This document shows positions 61,666 to 64,000 of a stretch of 64,000 bases of DNA, one piece after another. Both the position numbers and the translations under genes were made by a program. How positions within the stretch are numbered: the first letter of the stretch is position 1; each line of letters opens with the position of its first letter. Under the pieces are notes generated by a model that saw only the letters and a program-made list of their open reading frames with translations, was not told where the DNA came from and did not search any database. The DNA is from Methanobacteriota archaeon. Lineage in GTDB: Archaea; Thermoplasmatota; Thermoplasmata; SG8-5; JAGLSY01. The stretch covers positions 608,001 to 672,000 of the forward strand of contig JAEHCO010000001.1 in assembly GCA_020697715.1 (NCBI GenBank). The letters are read 5' to 3'.

Positions 61666-64000
61666 ATGACGGAATATGATAGAAAGAAGATCGAGGAGAA
61701 ATGGCAGGGCCTTTGGGATGAGTGGAAACTATATCATTTTGATAAGAACTCGGACATGCCAGTATACAGTATAGACAATCCCCCCCGATATGCGTCCGGC
61801 CCGCTTCATGTCGGCCACGCGATACATTACACGCATATTGATTTCGCGGCCAGGTTCCGGAGACAGACTGGCCACAATGTCATGTTCCCGCTCTGTATCG
61901 ACGTCAATGGAATGCCCATCGAAGTGAACGTGGAAAAGAAGCATGGCATCAAGATGCGTGACTATCCACGCCAGGATTTCATCAAGCTCTGCACGGAATT
62001 TGCAGATAATAATATCGATCTCATAACTGATCAATTCAAACTGCTGGGAGACTCCATGGACCCCTCCATCTTCTACAGGACGGATGCGGAGTATTATAGA
62101 AGGCTCACGCAGATATCTTTCATCAAGCTTTACAAACGCGGTCTGATATACAAGGGACTGGCTCCGGTCAATTGGTGTCCGAGATGTGGAACCGCTCTCG
62201 CAGACGCGGAAGTGGAGTACCAGGAAAAGAAGACCAAGCTGAATTACATTCATTTCGGTGTCAAGGACATGGACGAGGACGTTCTTATCGCGACCACCAG
62301 ACCGGAGCTGATATGCGCGTGCCAGCTTATTGTCATCAGCCCGAAGGATGAGGAAAAACAGCATCTTATTGGAAAGAAGCTCATCACACCGATCTATGGA
62401 AAAGAGGTGGAGATCGTCGCCGATCCGAAGGTCGATCCCGAGTTCGGTACTGGCATCGTCATGGTCTGCTCCATCGGGGATAAGGAAGATCTGGAATGGA
62501 TATACAAGTACGAGCTTCCTATCGAGAAGGGAATTGATGAGAATGGAATGATGACCGAGCTTGCTGGTAAGTATCAGGGCATGGAGACCGAGAAGGCCAG
62601 GGAGGCTATGATCGAAGATCTGAAGAAAGATGGATTACTGGTCAAGCAGGAGCCCATGGAGCACAATTCCGGCGGATGCTGGAGATGTCACGCGACCATC
62701 GAGTTCATACAAACACCTCAATGGTTCCTCAAGACACTGGATGCCAGAGAGGACATGGTGAAGATGGCCAATGAACTCAATTGGAATCCGGAGTTCATGA
62801 AAATACGACTTTTGGATTGGATCAATTCCATCAACAGGGACTGGGTGATATCCAGGCAGAGATATTTCGCCACTCCGATCCCACTTTGGGAATGCAATTC
62901 CTGCGGCGAAGTGGTTTTGCCAGCGGAAGGAGATTGCTATGTCGATCCAACAGTGGACGCTCCTCCAGTTGACAAGTGCCCGGATTGCGATAGTGGACTT
63001 ACTGGCTGTGAGGAGGTTTTCGACACCTGGATGGATTCATCAATATCTCCATTGTATTGCTCCTTCTGGGAAAGGGACGAGGAATTGTTCAAGAAAATAT
63101 TCCCCATGAGCTTGAGGACGCAAGCCCATGATATCATACGAACATGGGCCTTTTACACCATGCTTAGAAGTAATTACTTGGCTGGCGGCAAGCCCTGGAA
63201 GAGCATGATGATCGATGGCTTCATACTAGGGCCGGATGGAAAGCCCATGCACGCTTCCGATGGCAATGTGATCGATCCACTGGACCTACTGGCGGAGTAC
63301 GGCACAGATGCCTGGAGATACTACAGTTCCACTGTCCCGATAGGAGAGGACAGTGCGGTACGTGTGAAGGAGATCGTTCATGGAACCAGATTCAATGCAA
63401 AATTGTGGAACATTCACAAGTTCATAAGCAAGGCCGCCAGGCCAGGTATGTCCATCCAGCCCGATGAGCTCAAGACATCGGACAAGTGGATATTGACCAA
63501 ATATTCCAGGCTGGTCCAGAATGTGACCAAGCACTATGAGCAATTCAGATTCGACAGAGCGATCAAGGAACTGGAGCAGTTCGTCTGGCATGAGTTGGCC
63601 GATCATTATCTCGAGATGGTCAAGCACAGGAACATGGAGGATGACGACGCGCTCGCGCTCACATTGTACGAGATCGGATTGGGAACCACGAAGATGCTGG
63701 CCCCCATCATCCCGCATATCGCGGATGAGATCTACGAGCTTTATTATCAAGAAATGGATGGCAAGAAGAGCATAACTATTTCAGAATGGCCAGGCACTTC
63801 GATCGATGATCAGGATGAGCTTGAGAGAGGCGAGATATTGAAGGATATAATCGCGGCTGTCAGGAACTGGAAGTCCGAGAAGGGCATGGCCCTCAATGCG
63901 GAAATAGGTGTTCTGGAGATAATCGGCGAGAATGTGAATAACATCCTCGGTTGCGAAGGTGACATCGCTGGCACCCTGAAAGCCAAGGACGTTCTGATGC
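61666..64000 (+). CDS. valS: Valine--tRNA ligase, 3'-truncated by window edge (absent from ORF track)
   Basis: Manual translation: MTEYDRKKIEEKWQ, IDNPPRYASGPLHVGH, IATTRPEL, FGTGIVMVC, DWVISRQRYFATPIP, EEVFDTWMDSS, QAHDIIRTWAFYT, YGTDAWR. Confidence 0.95.
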   Translation, partial: MTEYDRKKIEEKWQGLWDEWKLYHFDKNSDMPVYSIDNPPRYASGPLHVGHAIHYTHIDFAARFRRQTGHNVMFPLCIDVNGMPIEVNVEKKHGIKMRDYPRQDFIKLCTEFADNNIDLITDQFKLLGDSMDPSIFYRTDAEYYRRLTQISFIKLYKRGLIYKGLAPVNWCPRCGTALADAEVEYQEKKTKLNYIHFGVKDMDEDVLIATTRPELICACQLIVISPKDEEKQHLIGKKLITPIYGKEVEIVADPKVDPEFGTGIVMVCSIGDKEDLEWIYKYELPIEKGIDENGMMTELAGKYQGMETEKAREAMIEDLKKDGLLVKQEPMEHNSGGCWRCHATIEFIQTPQWFLKTLDAREDMVKMANELNWNPEFMKIRLLDWINSINRDWVISRQRYFATPIPLWECNSCGEVVLPAEGDCYVDPTVDAPPVDKCPDCDSGLTGCEEVFDTWMDSSISPLYCSFWERDEELFKKIFPMSLRTQAHDIIRTWAFYTMLRSNYLAGGKPWKSMMIDGFILGPDGKPMHASDGNVIDPLDLLAEYGTDAWRYYSSTVPIGEDSAVRVKEIVHGTRFNAKLWNIHKFISKAARPGMSIQPDELKTSDKWILTKYSRLVQNVTKHYEQFRFDRAIKELEQFVWHELADHYLEMVKHRNMEDDDALALTLYEIGLGTTKMLAPIIPHIADEIYELYYQEMDGKKSITISEWPGTSIDDQDELERGEILKDIIAAVRNWKSEKGMALNAEIGVLEIIGENVNNILGCEGDIAGTLKAKDVLM

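Overview
Core-chromosome segment of an archaeon, most likely an uncultured Thermoplasmatota lineage (inferred from a single-chain RpoB with a Zn-ribbon insertion, RpoA2 with a long N-terminal extension, and expanded wHTH/NTPase/TPR and large family-5 solute-binding proteins). Housekeeping content: alba-pus10-rpl21e-rpoF-DUF655, serS, purB, Zn-ribbon/EF-1beta/Rpp21/YhbY, trkAH, rpoH-B-A1-A2-rpl30e-nusA, rps15-recJ, hisS, valS (partial) and three tRNAs (Ala-CGC, Leu-GAG, Lys-UUU). Accessory content: a type IV pilus locus with two ATPases and a distant pilin, two orphan giant solute-binding proteins, a Ca-type P-ATPase, an S-layer-like protein, three STAND-like proteins and a divergent aconitase-family / thiolase-like + DUF35 module. 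No integrase, transposase or CRISPR array was seen. Most notable: (1) tRNA-Lys with two introns (20/21 and 37/38); (2) two copies of a ~95-bp structured element, each beside the start of a STAND-TPR gene; (3) two copies of a second, IS200/IS605-end-like non-autonomous element; (4) short tandem duplications spanning stop codons, with only synonymous changes in the duplicated nusA codons; (5) a STAND ATPase with a roadblock/longin-like domain inserted between its Walker motifs, plus an intact and a degenerate wHTH-NTPase pair; (6) ValRS with PMHAS in place of KMSKS. All calls come from manual reading; no searches were run.
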